Shown: positions 13,990 to 26,989, numbered from the stretch's first letter. The stretch is DNA of 64,000 nt from Octopus sinensis (GCF_006345805.1 NC_043013.1:3100001-3164000), one strand, 5' to 3'. Numbers and translations: made by a program. The notes: generated from the sequence alone by a model not told the origin.

Positions 13990-14340
13990 GTTTTATGTCT
14001 TACGTAAGCGTTGTTTTTATCTGTATGTCACAGAAACTCCCGCAGACGATATTTAGGAAACATTTACTATTGACTTAGCATAGCAGTTCATTGTCATGGC
14101 AAAATATAGTACCGACTAAGATATGAAAATTCTAAGTTATTAACTAGGATAAGCTCTAATCCTACAGGTTGTGTCCGCTCTGAGCTGGCAGAGAGAACTG
14201 ACGATAACTGAGAATTCACGCTGTTCACATATTATGACGGAATGTCTAAATAATTTCGGACATTCAATAGCTTTTTATAATATTTCACGTCTCCAAGACG
14301 GCGAGGTGGAAGGGTTAGATATTATAAAAACACACACTAC

Positions 14341-14538
14341 ACATACATGCGTGCGTGCGTGCGTACGTACGTACTTACATACATACATACATACATAACA
14401 GTTACATACATACATACGTGCATACATACATACATACATACATACATACATACATACATACATACATACATACATACATACATACATACATACATACATA
14501 CATACATACATACATACATACATACATACATACATACA

Positions 14539-14570
<32 letters not shown>

Positions 14571-14584
14571 CATACATACATACA

Positions 14585-14616
<32 letters not shown>

Positions 14617-14685
14617 CATACATACATACATACATACATACATACATACATACATACATACATACATACGCACGCACGCACGCAT
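14341..14685. repeat. (CATA)n microsatellite
   Basis: Directly visible. Confidence 0.97.
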
Positions 14686-15086
14686 GATTTTTTATACGGC
14701 ATCGAGTTTACAATCCTGTAACTAATAATAATGGTATTTTTTATATAAGCTTAAAGTTTATGGCGGTCACCGTGCAATGACTAAGGAAAATAGTCTAATA
14801 GAGGGGTATATAAGCCCTCGACAGAAAAATGAAGGCTTTCCTATCTGCCTGGAAGTCGAACACACATCCCTTTATTAACGCGACTGAGTGTGTTACCTTT
14901 ACACCAGCAAATCAGTCTCCCCATTTCTGTCAAATTTAAGAACTATAACAGTCCGTGTTTGTTATATATATATATGTGTGTGTGTGTGTTTGTAAGTGTG
15001 AATGTATGTATGCATATTATATATATTCATACACACACACATCATATATGTATATATATATATATATATATAATATATATGTATGC

Positions 15087-15117
<31 letters not shown>

Positions 15118-15167
15118 ATATAATATATATATATATACGCGAAAAGAAGCAACAAGAATGGATAGGT

Positions 15168-15257
15168 TTTTAGTACAATCGTTTCATACAAGGACAGGCT
15201 TTATTAAAAGTTGTAAAATTACAGCATATAAACGTGTCCCGTACTCATCAGCTAAAA
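15168..15257 (-). ncRNA. Type I hammerhead ribozyme with long stem II
   Basis: Minus strand: ttttag-CTGATGA-gtacgggaca...tgtccttgtat-GAAA-c-gatt-g-TA/ctaaaa. Confidence 0.8.
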
Positions 15258-16729
15258 TACATGTGAGTTCTCTAGACATCCTAGTGGTGAGGCTATACTC
15301 ATGAAGTAATGTAGATAATTAAGTAACATAAACAGATTTCCAAAGTTCATTAAAGTTCTTTAAAGATGATGTACAGTCTTATCACAGAATTTTAAAAAAG
15401 TTCTAATAGCATCACAGAGAAGGTGACTAATCCATAGAGCACATATGAATTTCCAGAGATATGATGAGGGATTACATACTCACAGAAGACAAATTTATCC
15501 ATTGTTAATCACAACGAGGTGGGTCTCAATTCCTGCTTATTAGCATTACAGAGAGGGTGAATTAATCCTTTGTATAGATGCACAATTTCCAATGGTGTAG
15601 ATGTAAGTTTCCAGAGAAATGAAGAGGAATCTCATATTCACAGGCGATAAATTTATCAATGGTTGAACACAATGAGGTAGGTATCAATTCTTGTTATATG
15701 ATTAGGTATTTGCCACATTAATCACATTACTGCTATTTACAAGAGGCTGTAGCTATTTAACTTTTAAAGGCTGAAGGGCTTTCTAGAGAGGCCAAGAATA
15801 GAAAGGGAAGGGAATAGAAGAAAAGAGAGAAAATAAAGGAGGAGGGAGCAAAAAAAAGGGGGGAAGGGGACTAAAAGAGAGAGAAAAGGAAAAAGAGAAT
15901 AAGAAGAAGAACAGAAAAAAGAGAAAAGAGAAAGAAATAGGGAAAGAGGGAAAAAATAAAAATAAAAAAGAGGTTCTAGTTATACAGAAGAATTAGTAGA
16001 CGGCAAGTCTGGTTTTAATTTACAGGCATCTAGGAACTAGAGGAGAATATTATTCTTTGGCCAGTAAAACAGCTAATTTATTGCTGTTGAAATCAGCTAT
16101 GAATTTAAGAGAATCTAAAGAGATAACACACTCCGGGGTTTAGGGTCAGATGCTAAATCAAAAGAAAATACATTAGGAAAATCTAAGTATAATCTTATCA
16201 AAAAGTCATTAAAACTTATTATTTAATTTATTCATTTTATGTCTTAAGGAGTTGCCGTTATTATTCATAATTGACGGACTACAGGTCAAATCTTAGAAAA
16301 TCATTTACAAGGTGTTAGGGGATTGTCTATCATAATGAAGATAATCATATTATCACCGAGGGGTAGCCTTATTTATTTAATTTTGAAATAGAATTATGGG
16401 GCTATAGTATCTCATTTTATTTTATTAGAGTTATGCTACTTAAATTAGATTAAGTTAGGAATTAAAATTAAAAATTACAATTAAGATTTAAATTAATAAT
16501 TTAAAAATTATGAGTTTGAAATTAATAAAGCCTCAAATAAGCAGCGTATAAGTACTATTCATTTCCCTGTTCTCAAAAACTGATGCAGAATAAGGAAAAA
16601 GATAACTGTAGTGTGAGAACTCTTAGTTATCTACTTAAAGCAGTGCTATACTAGTAGAAATCAAGTTATATCTATCTATCTAGTTACGGATATTCTAATC
16701 ATTTAAAATATTTTAAAGTCTTCAATTTA

Positions 16730-17124
16730 GCGTGGACACAAACTTGACCTAGTTTCGATATGATTATTCAATAAGTTTCTATGTTTTCTATGCTTTAGAA
16801 TTTCATACGTCTCCATGGAGCATAGTTGGCAACCAACCCTACTATTTTTATACGGAATTGCTCTCCTAACTATTTCCCATTAAGGTTATAATTTTTATTA
16901 TTATTTTTGAGTTCCCAGATTTTGTTGAAAGTGTGGGTGGTACCAGCTTTATGACGTAATTTAAAAGACGAGATGTGATTTCTAACTCTGGCTAGAAAAT
17001 TAATTGTACATCCAACGTAAAGATATTTGTTATTCTCCGTGGATATGGTACATTTATAGATTACATTATTTTCCCCACATAGACCAGGTGCCGGGCATTT
17101 TGATTTTATTCTACACTTACACAC
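16730..17124 (-). pseudogene. PLE GIY-YIG endonuclease C-terminal domain (frameshifted)
   Basis: CKCRIKSKCPAPGLC-NVIYKC-YVGCT-FLARVRNHISSF-IWELK, then CQLCSMETYEIL..LLN. Confidence 0.85.
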
Positions 17125-17371
17125 AGGAGGAGCAACTTCAGGCTTTGGATTATTCTTGGGTAGATGTCTTAGGTTCCTATTATTTTGATTATCATTTCTA
17201 TAGTTGGTGCTGATATCTAAAGTATTGCTATTATTATTGATCCTTCAGCTTCATCATTTAGGTTTAAAGTCCTACCATGATTTCTTATATTATTGGTAAT
17301 GTTACTATTATTGTTAGTCTTTTTATCCGACTGCATATTGCTGTTATAAATATCACTGATATTTTCATTCC

Positions 17372-17626
17372 ACGTGTGTGTGTATGTGTGTGTGGTGTGT
17401 GGTATGTGTGTGGTGTGTGTGTGTGTCTGTGTATGTCCCTCTAGCATTGCTTGACAACCGATGCTGGTGTGTTTACGTCCCCGTCACTTAGCGGTTCGGC
17501 AAAGAGACCGATAGAATAAGTACTGGGCTTACAAGAATAAGTCCCGGGTCGAGTTGCTCGATTAAAGGTGGTGCTCCAGTATGGCCGCAGTCAATGACTG
17601 AAACAAGTAAAGAAAGTAAAAGAAAG

Positions 17627-17627
<1 letters not shown>
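17372..17627 (+). mobile_element. SINE family A, 3' half
   Basis: Matches the family A 3' domain and tail. Confidence 0.9.
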
Positions 17628-17674
<47 letters not shown>

Positions 17675-18188
17675 ATATATAAGTACAAGGGTCGATTTAT
17701 TTGTCTAAAGCTTTCAAGGACGTACCTCCCCATAGCCGCAGTCTAGTGACTGCAGCAAGAAAACTGACTTCCTTTAGAATATTACCTTCTTAACACGTCT
17801 TTTGCATACGTCCTATATTAGCGATTATCTCAGTTCACTTTCAATTTGGCCCATCTTCGGTTACTTTGATAACGTTATGTCAGCATAAAATTTTCAGATA
17901 TATTGATTTGTACCGCTCTTCTACATCGAAATATGCTGACATAATAGAAAAGATTGTCGGTTCTGTATAATGTACTCATTAATTAAAGATGTGATTTTCT
18001 CCATTCATGTTCATGTTGTCAATTACTCCGGATTTCTTAAAATTCTTCTAAGCGACATTTGAATTTACTTGTCAAAATTGAAGAATGTTAATTATATTTG
18101 AATTTATTGGTATTTCATTGTTGGGTGTAGTTAACCGAATTTTTTTCTACACTGAGTGCTTTGTAGATATTTGCCTTTTATCTTCCGT

Positions 18189-18294
<106 letters not shown>

Positions 18295-18298
18295 ATTA

Positions 18299-18533
18299 GG
18301 GCGGTGAGCTGGCAGAATCATTAGCGCGCCGGACGAAATGCTTACCGGTATTTCGTCTGCCGCTACGTTCTGAGTTCAAATTCTGCGGAGGTCGACTTTG
18401 CCTTTCATCCTTTCGGGGTCGATTAAATAAGTACCAGTTACGCACTGGGGTCGATATAATCGACTTAATCTGTTTGTCTGTCCTTGTTTGTCCTCTCTGT
18501 GTTTAGCCCTTTGTGGGTAATAAAGAAATAGGT
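18299..18533 (+). mobile_element. tRNA-derived SINE family B
   Basis: ggcggtgagctggcagaa..gagttcaaatt.. head, with a gcctttcatcctttcggggtcgat..aagtaccag core. Confidence 0.88.
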
Positions 18534-18534
18534 A

Positions 18535-19366
18535 TTAAAGTGTTCCCGGACTAGTTATGTTCAGTAAAAGCTAACTTATTTACCTAAGTTTTAACATCAC
18601 CTCCTTCGAAATAGTCACCTTGCGCAGCAATACACCAGTCCAGCGTTTCTGCCACTTTTGGAATCCGACCTGGAAGTTGTTTCCGTAAGGGAGTCGAGAA
18701 CTTTCTGCGATTCGCTCTTGATTTTACTGTGTTAAAACAGTAACCTTTGAGATGCATTTTCATCTTGGGGAAGAGATGGAAGTCTGTAGGTGTTACATCC
18801 CGAATAGGGCGGGTGCGGAAATGCTATGTTGTTTTTTTGGCGGGAATCGCACGAGTGAAAAGAGCTCGGTGACAGGGTGCATTGTCATCGTGAAGAATCC
18901 AATTCTTCGCGCTTCACAAATCCGGTCGCTTTCGTCGAATGTCCTCCCTCAAACGCTTCGAAACATCGTTGGTTGTCCTCCAACGATACTCATGTACAAG
19001 CTGATGAAATTTTCTCCACGTTTCCGGTGGTTACGCTCGTGGCAGGTCTCTCAGGTCGCTCATCGTCTTCCGGGGACGTTCTTCCGCTTTGAAGGGCCTG
19101 TGCCACTCGAAACACTGTGTATGACCCATTGCTTCGTCGCTGTAAGTTTAACGCAAAATTTCACGTTGGCTCTTTGTTCCAACCTACTCTCAGTTACAAA
19201 AACCGCAGACTACAGCATACACATGATTACAAAAACATAAATTTCACAATTTGCGAAGTAAACACAACAATGTCACTCGGCACACTGCCTCATGAAGGTC
19301 ACTGCTAGCTCTCACTTTGCAGGCAACCATTGACGCGCTACAGAACCAGTCCGGAGACTTTTAGTA
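18535..19366 (-). mobile_element. Decayed, internally deleted mariner element
   Basis: Imperfect TIRs aaagtgttcccggactag / ccagtccggagacttt; minus-strand remnants (ILHDDNAP.H, FQKWQKRW). Confidence 0.7.
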
Positions 19367-19520
19367 TATACATTGAGGTTATGAGAGGTAATGGTGTCAA
19401 GAATACCCAAAGGTAATGTTGAGTAAGTGCTATGCAGAGACTATAGTTAAGCTCCAGCTTCGTTGATTATGCGAATGAGGAGTCCAACATAGGTCATGTA
19501 TCAGCATGCGTATATATAAA

Positions 19521-19936
19521 AAAATAACAGAATGAGATAAAAATCCAAGGCTGTGAAAGATTTCAGAACATTTATAAAGAGGTCTTACAGCTGTTTCGGG
19601 GATATTTTATATATCCTTTCATCGGAGACGGTTTCAGAAAATGGTTAAGCAATAGTTATTATAGAGAAGATATTAAATAGAGAGTGAAGAGGAGGAATGA
19701 AAACAGACGTGAGATCTACAGATACAATATCCCTGCATATCTCACGACTATTTTCATTCCTCCACTTCACTCTCTATTTCGCATCTTATATAAATTCACT
19801 ATTGCTTAACCATTTTCTCACACTGTCTCTGATGAAGGGATATAATAAATATCCCGGAAACAGCTGTAAGACCTTCTCTTTATAAATGTTCTGAAATCTT
19901 TCACAGCCTTAGATTTTTATTTCATTCTGTTAATTT
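19521..19936. mobile_element. ~415-bp foldback (inverted pLTR-like) element with an HHR in each arm
   Basis: Long imperfect palindrome centred near 19725. HHR on plus strand at 19825-19872; HHR on minus strand at 19582-19629 (CCGATGA variant). Confidence 0.85.
19825..19872 (+). ncRNA. Type I hammerhead ribozyme
   Basis: gtct-CTGATGA-a-gggatat-aata-aatatcccg-GAAA-c-agct-g-TA/agac. Confidence 0.85.
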
Positions 19937-19937
19937 A

Positions 19938-20165
19938 TTACTCTTTTACTCTTTTACTTGCTTCAGTCATTTGACTGCGGCCATGCTGGAGCGTGGCCTT
20001 TAGTCGAGCAAATCGACCCCAGGACTTATTCTTTGTAAGCCTAGTACTTATTCTATCGACCTTCTGTCGAACCGCTAAGTTACGGGAACATAAACACACC
20101 ACCATCGGTTGTCAAGCGATGTTGGGGGGACAAACACAGACACACAAACATACACACACACACAC

Positions 20166-20196
<31 letters not shown>

Positions 20197-20282
20197 GACA
20201 CACACATACACACACACACACACACCACATATATATATATACATATATACGACGGACGTTTTTCAGTTCCACTCACAAGGCT
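19938..20282 (-). mobile_element. SINE family A, partial
   Basis: Reverse complement of the family A 3' domain and part of the body. Confidence 0.88.
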
Positions 20283-20814
20283 ATCTTCTTCAGCGCACAA
20301 CACAATGACGCATGCGTACATACATACATGCATACATACATACATACATGCATACATACATACATAGATACATACATACACACACACATCATACATACAT
20401 ACATACATACATACATACATACATACATACATACATACATACATACATACATACATACATACATACATACGTACGTAGGTACGTACGTATGTATGTATAT
20501 ATCCGTATATCTATGTATGTATGTGTAGACAGATAAGTATGCTTATATGTTATTATATCTGTATGCGTATGTTTTCTAAGAAGTAAACCAAAACTGATGA
20601 TAAAATAATAATTAGAACGATAATAATCATTTTTCAAAGAAAATGTTGGTGACAATAACAATGTTTATGAAAGGAAAAATAATATTCAATAAAATTAAGA
20701 TAGACTTCTTCTCAACTGAAAAATTTGTTAGGTTGCTGTTGCAAGATTTTGCACGAAAAGCATAAGATTATCATTAAGATTGTTACAATCTTAATGATAT
20801 ATATATATTATATA

Positions 20815-20847
<33 letters not shown>

Positions 20848-20942
20848 ATTATATATATATATATATATAATATATAATATATGTATGTATGTATGTATGT
20901 ATGTATATTGTTTGTGTTTGTGTGTGTATGTCTGTGTGTATA

Positions 20943-22224
20943 CAGGGGTTGGATAAATAATGGAAACACCTAGCATCACATTGCATCATAATTTTGAAAT
21001 ATCTATAAAACCATCAAAAGCTTGTTTATTTTTATGTTTTTTCATTTATTATTAGTGTTGTTTAATATGTTTTCGTAAAATTGCTGTTTCTTTTCAGATA
21101 TCATCAGAAAAAGCTAATTAAAATTCATTAAAATGACAGATCTGTCGCACTTTCAATGAGGTCAAATTGTTGGTGCCCTTATGGCAGGCGCTAGCGTAAC
21201 GAAAATAGCCGAAATGTTTGGTGTATCAAGAAGTACTGTCTCAAAAGTAATGACAGCATTTCCGAAAGAGTGAAAAACCTTCTCGTCCAAAATAAAACTC
21301 CGGAAGAAAATCAAAACTTTCAGATAGGGACCCTCGGACCGTAAGCGAATTGTTAGAAAAGATCACAAAAGTACAGCTCCCCAAATTACTGCTGAGCTTA
21401 ATGACAACCTCGAGAAACCATGTTCCACAAAACAGCTTGCTGGGAGCCGGATTTCACAAACTGCACAAAGCCAGATTTCACGGGAGGGCTGCAATCAGAA
21501 TACCACTACTTTCAAAAACAAACGTTGCAAAGCGTTTAGAATGGAATAAAAACCTACAGAATTGGTCCCTAGAACAGTGGAAGAATGTTATTTTCTCGGA
21601 CGTGTCATCCTTTACCTTATTTCCGACCACCGGCCGATTATACGTGTGGAGACAGCCAAAAGAAGCATTTAACCCAGATTGCGTTCTTCCAACTGTTAAA
21701 CATGGAGGATCTGTGATGATCTGGGGGAGGGGCTATATCGTGGAAATCCGCCGACCCAATAGTTTCCCTTCGTGGCAGAATTAATAGTCAAGACTATTTA
21801 GGCATATTATCATATCAAATTCATCCTATGGTTGCGGAACTGTTTCCGGAGGGAAACGCAATCTTTCAGGATAATAATGCACCAATCACGCAGCTAAAGT
21901 TGTTAGTGGCACGAGGAACATTCTAGTGAAGTTGAACATCTTATCTAGCCACCACAGTCCCCAGATCACAATATTATTGAACATTTATGGTGCATTTTAG
22001 AAAACCAAGTAAGGAGTCGATATCCTCCGCCGTCATCACTACAAGAACTGGAGACTGTTTTAGCTGAAGAACGGACAAAAATTCCTTTGGAAACAATTCA
22101 AACTTTATACAAGTCTATACTTCATAGAATTCAAGTTGTAATTACTGCCAAGGCGGTCCTACTCCATATTAAAATAAATTTGTTTGAAATTTTAAGGTGT
22201 TTCCATTATTTTATCCAACCCCTG
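20943..22224 (+). mobile_element. Full-length Tc1-like transposon with defective transposase
   Basis: TIR caggggttggataaa(a)taatggaaacacct at both ends; TA TSD. Confidence 0.95.
21133..22172 (+). pseudogene. Tc1 DDE transposase pseudogene
   Basis: MTDLSHFQ*GQIVGA HTH start; WKNVIFSDVSSF; VKHGGSVMIWG; FQDNNAP; SPDHNIIEHLW; GGPTPY*. Stops and frameshifts present. Confidence 0.92.
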
Positions 22225-22234
22225 TATATATATA

Positions 22235-22347
22235 GAAGAGCGTAGGCTCGATCGTAAAATACTTTTTCTATTCCTGAGCGTTATACTAATACATCTGTTT
22301 GTTTTGTACACCACCTGTCTTCGTCTTTTGTTTTTTTCGTAAACTCT

Positions 22348-22351
<4 letters not shown>
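22235..22351 (+). mobile_element. PLE-terminal-repeat-like fragment (family of 5700 and 42020)
   Basis: gaagagcgtaggctcga..cgtaaaa.actttttctattcctgagcg; flanked by TA. Confidence 0.7.
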
Positions 22352-22418
<67 letters not shown>

Positions 22419-22821
22419 TATAATATATATAATATATAGTCAAAGACTAAATATTCAAAGAGAAAATAGTCATATATATATTATATATATATATATCATA
22501 TTAAATTAGAGATAAAACCACTATTAGGCAAATCAAACAGTGATAATCATAAGCCAATACATAGAAATAAAACTAATTAAAAAATATTAAAAAATATAAA
22601 ATATAAAATATAAAATCCAATTAAAATATTTAAATTAAAGTTAAAATTTTAAAAAATTATTTAAATTAATAAATTAAACTTATAAATTTTAAATATATAT
22701 ATATATATTTTATTATTATTTTATTTATTTATTTATTTTTTTAATATTTCTTTTTTTATTTAAATTTTAAACTATCAAAAAGTATTAAAAGTTTAATATA
22801 ATATAAAGAGTAAATATATAT

Positions 22822-22880
<59 letters not shown>

Positions 22881-22884
<4 letters not shown>

Positions 22885-23413
22885 GAATGGAGCTGAACGA
22901 CGAATTAACAAAATTCCTTTATTTTCGACATATGTTTCGAAGGCTGCATATTCCTAATTGCGAAGGAATAAGGAGTACATTATGCCGCTTTCTCATCAGG
23001 AAAAGCAAGGAACTTATGTCAACATCAACATGCACAAAAAACAATTAGATGATTGCTCACACGGAGCCCATAGTGGTAATGAATGTCTCTTTAAAATATT
23101 CCTTTATAAGGAGTGACGTCAAAGTGGTTGAAAGTAGAGGAATCTAGAAGGTTCTAAAGGTTCAAGGGTTCAAACGAAGTTGGAGGAGAGAGGCAAAAGA
23201 ATAGGAAGGTGAAAGGGTGCAGGTCATATGAATGGTGGATTTTGTTAATTTCTTTTGTGAATGAGTGCCTGTGTGTGTGACTGTATATAACTGCATTAAT
23301 GTGTGTGTGTGTGTATGTGTATGCGTGATTGTATGTGTATGAGTGTTTTTTCTGATGTGAATTGCTATCGGTTAATTCGAATTATCCTTAATAAGATAAT
23401 TCATTCAACTACT

Positions 23414-23416
<3 letters not shown>
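22881..23416 (-). mobile_element. PLE/retrozyme-like non-coding insert in (TA)n
   Basis: (TA)n on both sides; contains the HHR at 22922-23004. Confidence 0.65.
22922..23004 (-). ncRNA. Type I hammerhead ribozyme with long stem II
   Basis: Minus strand: ttttc-CTGATGA-gaaagcggcata...tatgcagccttc-GAAA-c-atat-g-TC/gaaaa. Confidence 0.85.
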
Positions 23417-23463
<47 letters not shown>

Positions 23464-23470
23464 ATATATC

Positions 23471-23504
<34 letters not shown>

Positions 23505-23512
23505 ATAATATA

Positions 23513-23562
<50 letters not shown>

Positions 23563-23787
23563 TATATATACATATATATATACATAAACATACCTCCAGA
23601 CCGTGAGGACTGAGCTCTGTGTAGACAGGCTGCTATTATGAAAAAGCTTACCTTGTTAGTTCAAGTCTTCCAATCAGGACTCTTTGTGATTGCTTTGGTG
23701 TACTCATTCGGCTAATATAGGCGATGGGTAATGTTGCATTTTTCTATCTTCTGTATATCAAATATGTGTAACCAGTTAGCGTATTAA

Positions 23788-23882
<95 letters not shown>

Positions 23883-23906
23883 TACTACTACTACTACTAC
23901 TACTAC

Positions 23907-23952
<46 letters not shown>
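23788..23952. repeat. (GATA)n(TAC)n(TAA)n microsatellite
   Basis: Directly visible. Confidence 0.97.
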
Positions 23953-24690
23953 TCATTCATTTATTGGCCACAAGGGCTAACAAAAATCAATTAAAACATA
24001 AAGGGACAAAACACAGGACGAAAGTTACAAAGTGTTTTGTCCGTTTCAAAAAAAGTCCGTGTACAAAATGTGAAATAACAACGAAAATATTTAACAATGA
24101 AAAACCCCTTAATAGGGGGAGGCGCTTCGAAAGGTTACTCGTGGAAAAACCCACAAAAGCCACGGGAGCCTGGTCAAAAGGAGTGGGGTAGAGAGCCCCT
24201 CTCTCCTTTCATATTACCTTTTAATTTTCACAGGTGTATCCTCAGAATTGGTCTGTTCATACTGGCCATTCTTGCGACATTCCCCCACCTTTCAATAAAC
24301 TTGCTACCAGACAGCACCTCCCTCTCTGCTCTTATCTCCCTTTTCAAGTGAAACTCGAAAAAGTTGAGGAGGCCTTGGCCAAAGAGGAAAGTGTCTGACC
24401 TTAGCCCTTTCAAACGGGTCCACCATACCACCTCTTTCGCTACAGCCACTAGGCAAAGGAAAACTGACTTGTACTCCCGGTTAAAGGAGGTCGGTGGGGC
24501 AATCTTCACTATGGATTCAGCTGATAGCCGGATCCGTCCTATACGCGACAGTAGCTGTTCGACATAAACCCATAGTTCAGCAATACTCGGGCACTGGACG
24601 AGTGCGTGCAGAACGGTTTCGTCGTCCTGGCAGCACCTCGGGCAGGTCCTGCTGACGGCACTTCCGTGCCGGTAGAGTTTATGTGACCTG
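23953..24690 (-). mobile_element. 5'-truncated L1/Tx1-like LINE (ORF2 C-terminus plus 3' UTR)
   Basis: ORF 24228-24707 has the zf-RVT-like motif CPRCCQDDETVLHALVQCP; the 3' end has AATAAA and runs into an (ATT)n tail. Confidence 0.85.
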
Positions 24691-24789
24691 ATCAGACAGA
24701 TAGTCATGATGGGTATATTGGGCTTCGTATATTTTTACACCAGTGTTAATTTGAAATCACATGCTGCTCGCTCACTAATGACGATAATA

Positions 24790-25200
24790 GTAATACTGAC
24801 CCTGATGCAGTTCCAGGCAGTAGATGCTCTGATGCCATACCAGGTGGTGGATGCTCTGATGCAGTACCAGGCAGTGAATTTGATGCAGAACCAGGCAGTG
24901 AAAGCTCTGATACAGTACTATGCAGTGGATTCTCTTATACAGTACCAGGCAGTTGATGCCCTGATACAGTACCAGGCGATGAATGCTCTGATGCAGTACC
25001 AGGCGATGAATGCTATGATGCAGTACCAGGAAGTGGATGTTCTGACGCAGAACCAAACAATGAATACTCTGATGCAGTACCACGCAGTGGATGCCCTGAT
25101 TCAGTACAGTACCAAGCGGTGGATATCCTGATGCTGTACCTGAAAGTGGCTGCCCTGATACAGTACTAGGAATTGAATGCCCTCATGGAGTACGAGGCAG
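24790..25200 (+). repeat. 27-bp minisatellite (~15 diverged units; cagtaccaggcagtggatgctctgatg)
   Basis: Directly visible; yields a QYQAVDALM-repeat ORF. Confidence 0.9.
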
Positions 25201-25684
25201 TGACTGTCATAGCTTTTGATTTTAACTAATTGAATGTGTTATTGTGTGCCTGTTTTGTCTTGGTCTAGAAGATGGGCTACAGCAAATATTCTGCTCAATA
25301 TCACAGATCTGCTTGTCAGTTGCTTGACTTTAACTAGTTGAGTATTCCCTTGTTGGCTGATGATATGTGCATCTCTGATGTCGAGCAGAAGTAGTGGGAG
25401 AATATCATAGCTATGTGTTGAAAGGAATTCTTTGAAGTTTGAATAATTCACCTCTGGAAACATGGATGTTTCGTCATCATCCCTAAACAGCTGCATTGCC
25501 TAGCAGAAGAAACGGATGCTACAGCATGAAGTCTTTTGACATGCCTTTTTAATCCTCCATTGAAAGGGACACTTTTTCACAGGTTGCACATGTTCTGTTG
25601 TGAACAATAAACCATACCACAATTTACAAGGGGTTGACTCCTATGAGTTCGCTGGTGGCTGACCAGGCCTGCATTATACATACA

Positions 25685-25833
25685 TGTGGTAAGTAACTTG
25701 CTTACCAACCACATGGTTCCGAGTTCAGTCCCACTGCGTGGCACCTTGGGCGAGTGTCTTCTACTATAGCCTCGGGCCGACCAAAGCCTTGTGAGTGGGA
25801 TTTGGTAGACGGAAACTGAAAGAAGCCCGTCGT

Positions 25834-25916
<83 letters not shown>

Positions 25917-26125
25917 ATATTTTGTGTGTCTGTGTTTGTCTCCCCAACATCGCTTGACAACCGATGCTGGTGTGTTTACGTCCCCGTTACTTAGCGGTTC
26001 GGCAAAAGAGACCGATAGGATAAGTACTAGGCTTACAAAGAATAAGTCCTGGGGTCGATTTGCTCGACTAAAAGGCGGTGCTCCAGCATGGTCACAATCA
26101 AATGACTGAAACAAGTAAAAGAGCA
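25685..26125 (+). mobile_element. SINE family A
   Basis: Matches 10138-10579. Confidence 0.92.
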
Positions 26126-26328
26126 AGAGAGATATATGCACTAAGAAAATGGAGGGAATCAAGAGTTAGTATTCATCAACTTTTAGACATTACATTACGT
26201 CTATTTATTTACTTTTTAAAAGACAATTATAGCAATATACATACATGTATAACATATTATGCTTTACATATAAAAGTATCAGTAATTATTAATATATATA
26301 TCACGTAGAACATAGAAAGTAGGATAAT

Positions 26329-26419
26329 ACCTTACAGCTGTTTCAGCAAAGGGGCCATAGTACCCCATTCTACTTTTGTCCCTCCAGTAAACTGAAGTAT
26401 TTGGGCTTCGTCAGAGAGT
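26329..26419 (-). ncRNA. Type I hammerhead-like motif with branched stem II
   Basis: Minus strand: ctct-CTGACGA-agc...(two hairpins)...gct-GAAA-c-agct-g-TA/aggt; stem I is weak. Confidence 0.65.
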
Positions 26420-26559
26420 TTAGGAAGTTCATAAGGTTAAGTTATAAATATAAATACATACATATATACATACTTTTACGTATACAAACATATACATAAA
26501 TATGCATAAACACATACACACATATTAAAATGTATATGTATATGCATACAAAGGAAACA

Positions 26560-26614
<55 letters not shown>

Positions 26615-26617
26615 TTA

Positions 26618-26727
26618 TTCAGTAGTTTTATTTTTATAGCGTGCTTTCACTTCACTACCGAGCGCAGCTCTGTGTGCCTTGGGTATGAACTGTGATTTGT
26701 TGTGATGCTCTGATGGTTATTGTATGG

Positions 26728-26758
<31 letters not shown>

Positions 26759-26814
26759 CATTATTATTATTATTTTATTATTATTATTATTATTATTATT
26801 TTATTATTATATTA

Positions 26815-26884
<70 letters not shown>

Positions 26885-26989
26885 TAGTTTTATTTTTATC
26901 ACGTGCTTTCACTTCACTACCGAGCGCAGCTCTGTGTGCCTTGGGTATGTGCTGTGATTTGTTGTGATGCTCTGATGGTTATTGTATGG

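Larger units (their letters stand above)
15138..17370 (-). mobile_element. Penelope-like element remnant (Neptune-type GIY-YIG end, long 3' region, HHR)
   Basis: GIY-YIG fragment at ~16730-17124; ~158-bp imperfect internal repeats (15451/15609); HHR at 15168-15257; abuts (TA)n. Confidence 0.75.

Noticed and set aside
14835-14915. tRNA-like sequence on the minus strand; also SINE heads at 53803 and 54048
   Set aside because: A/B boxes are present but there is no full cloverleaf, so these are SINE heads rather than tRNA genes.
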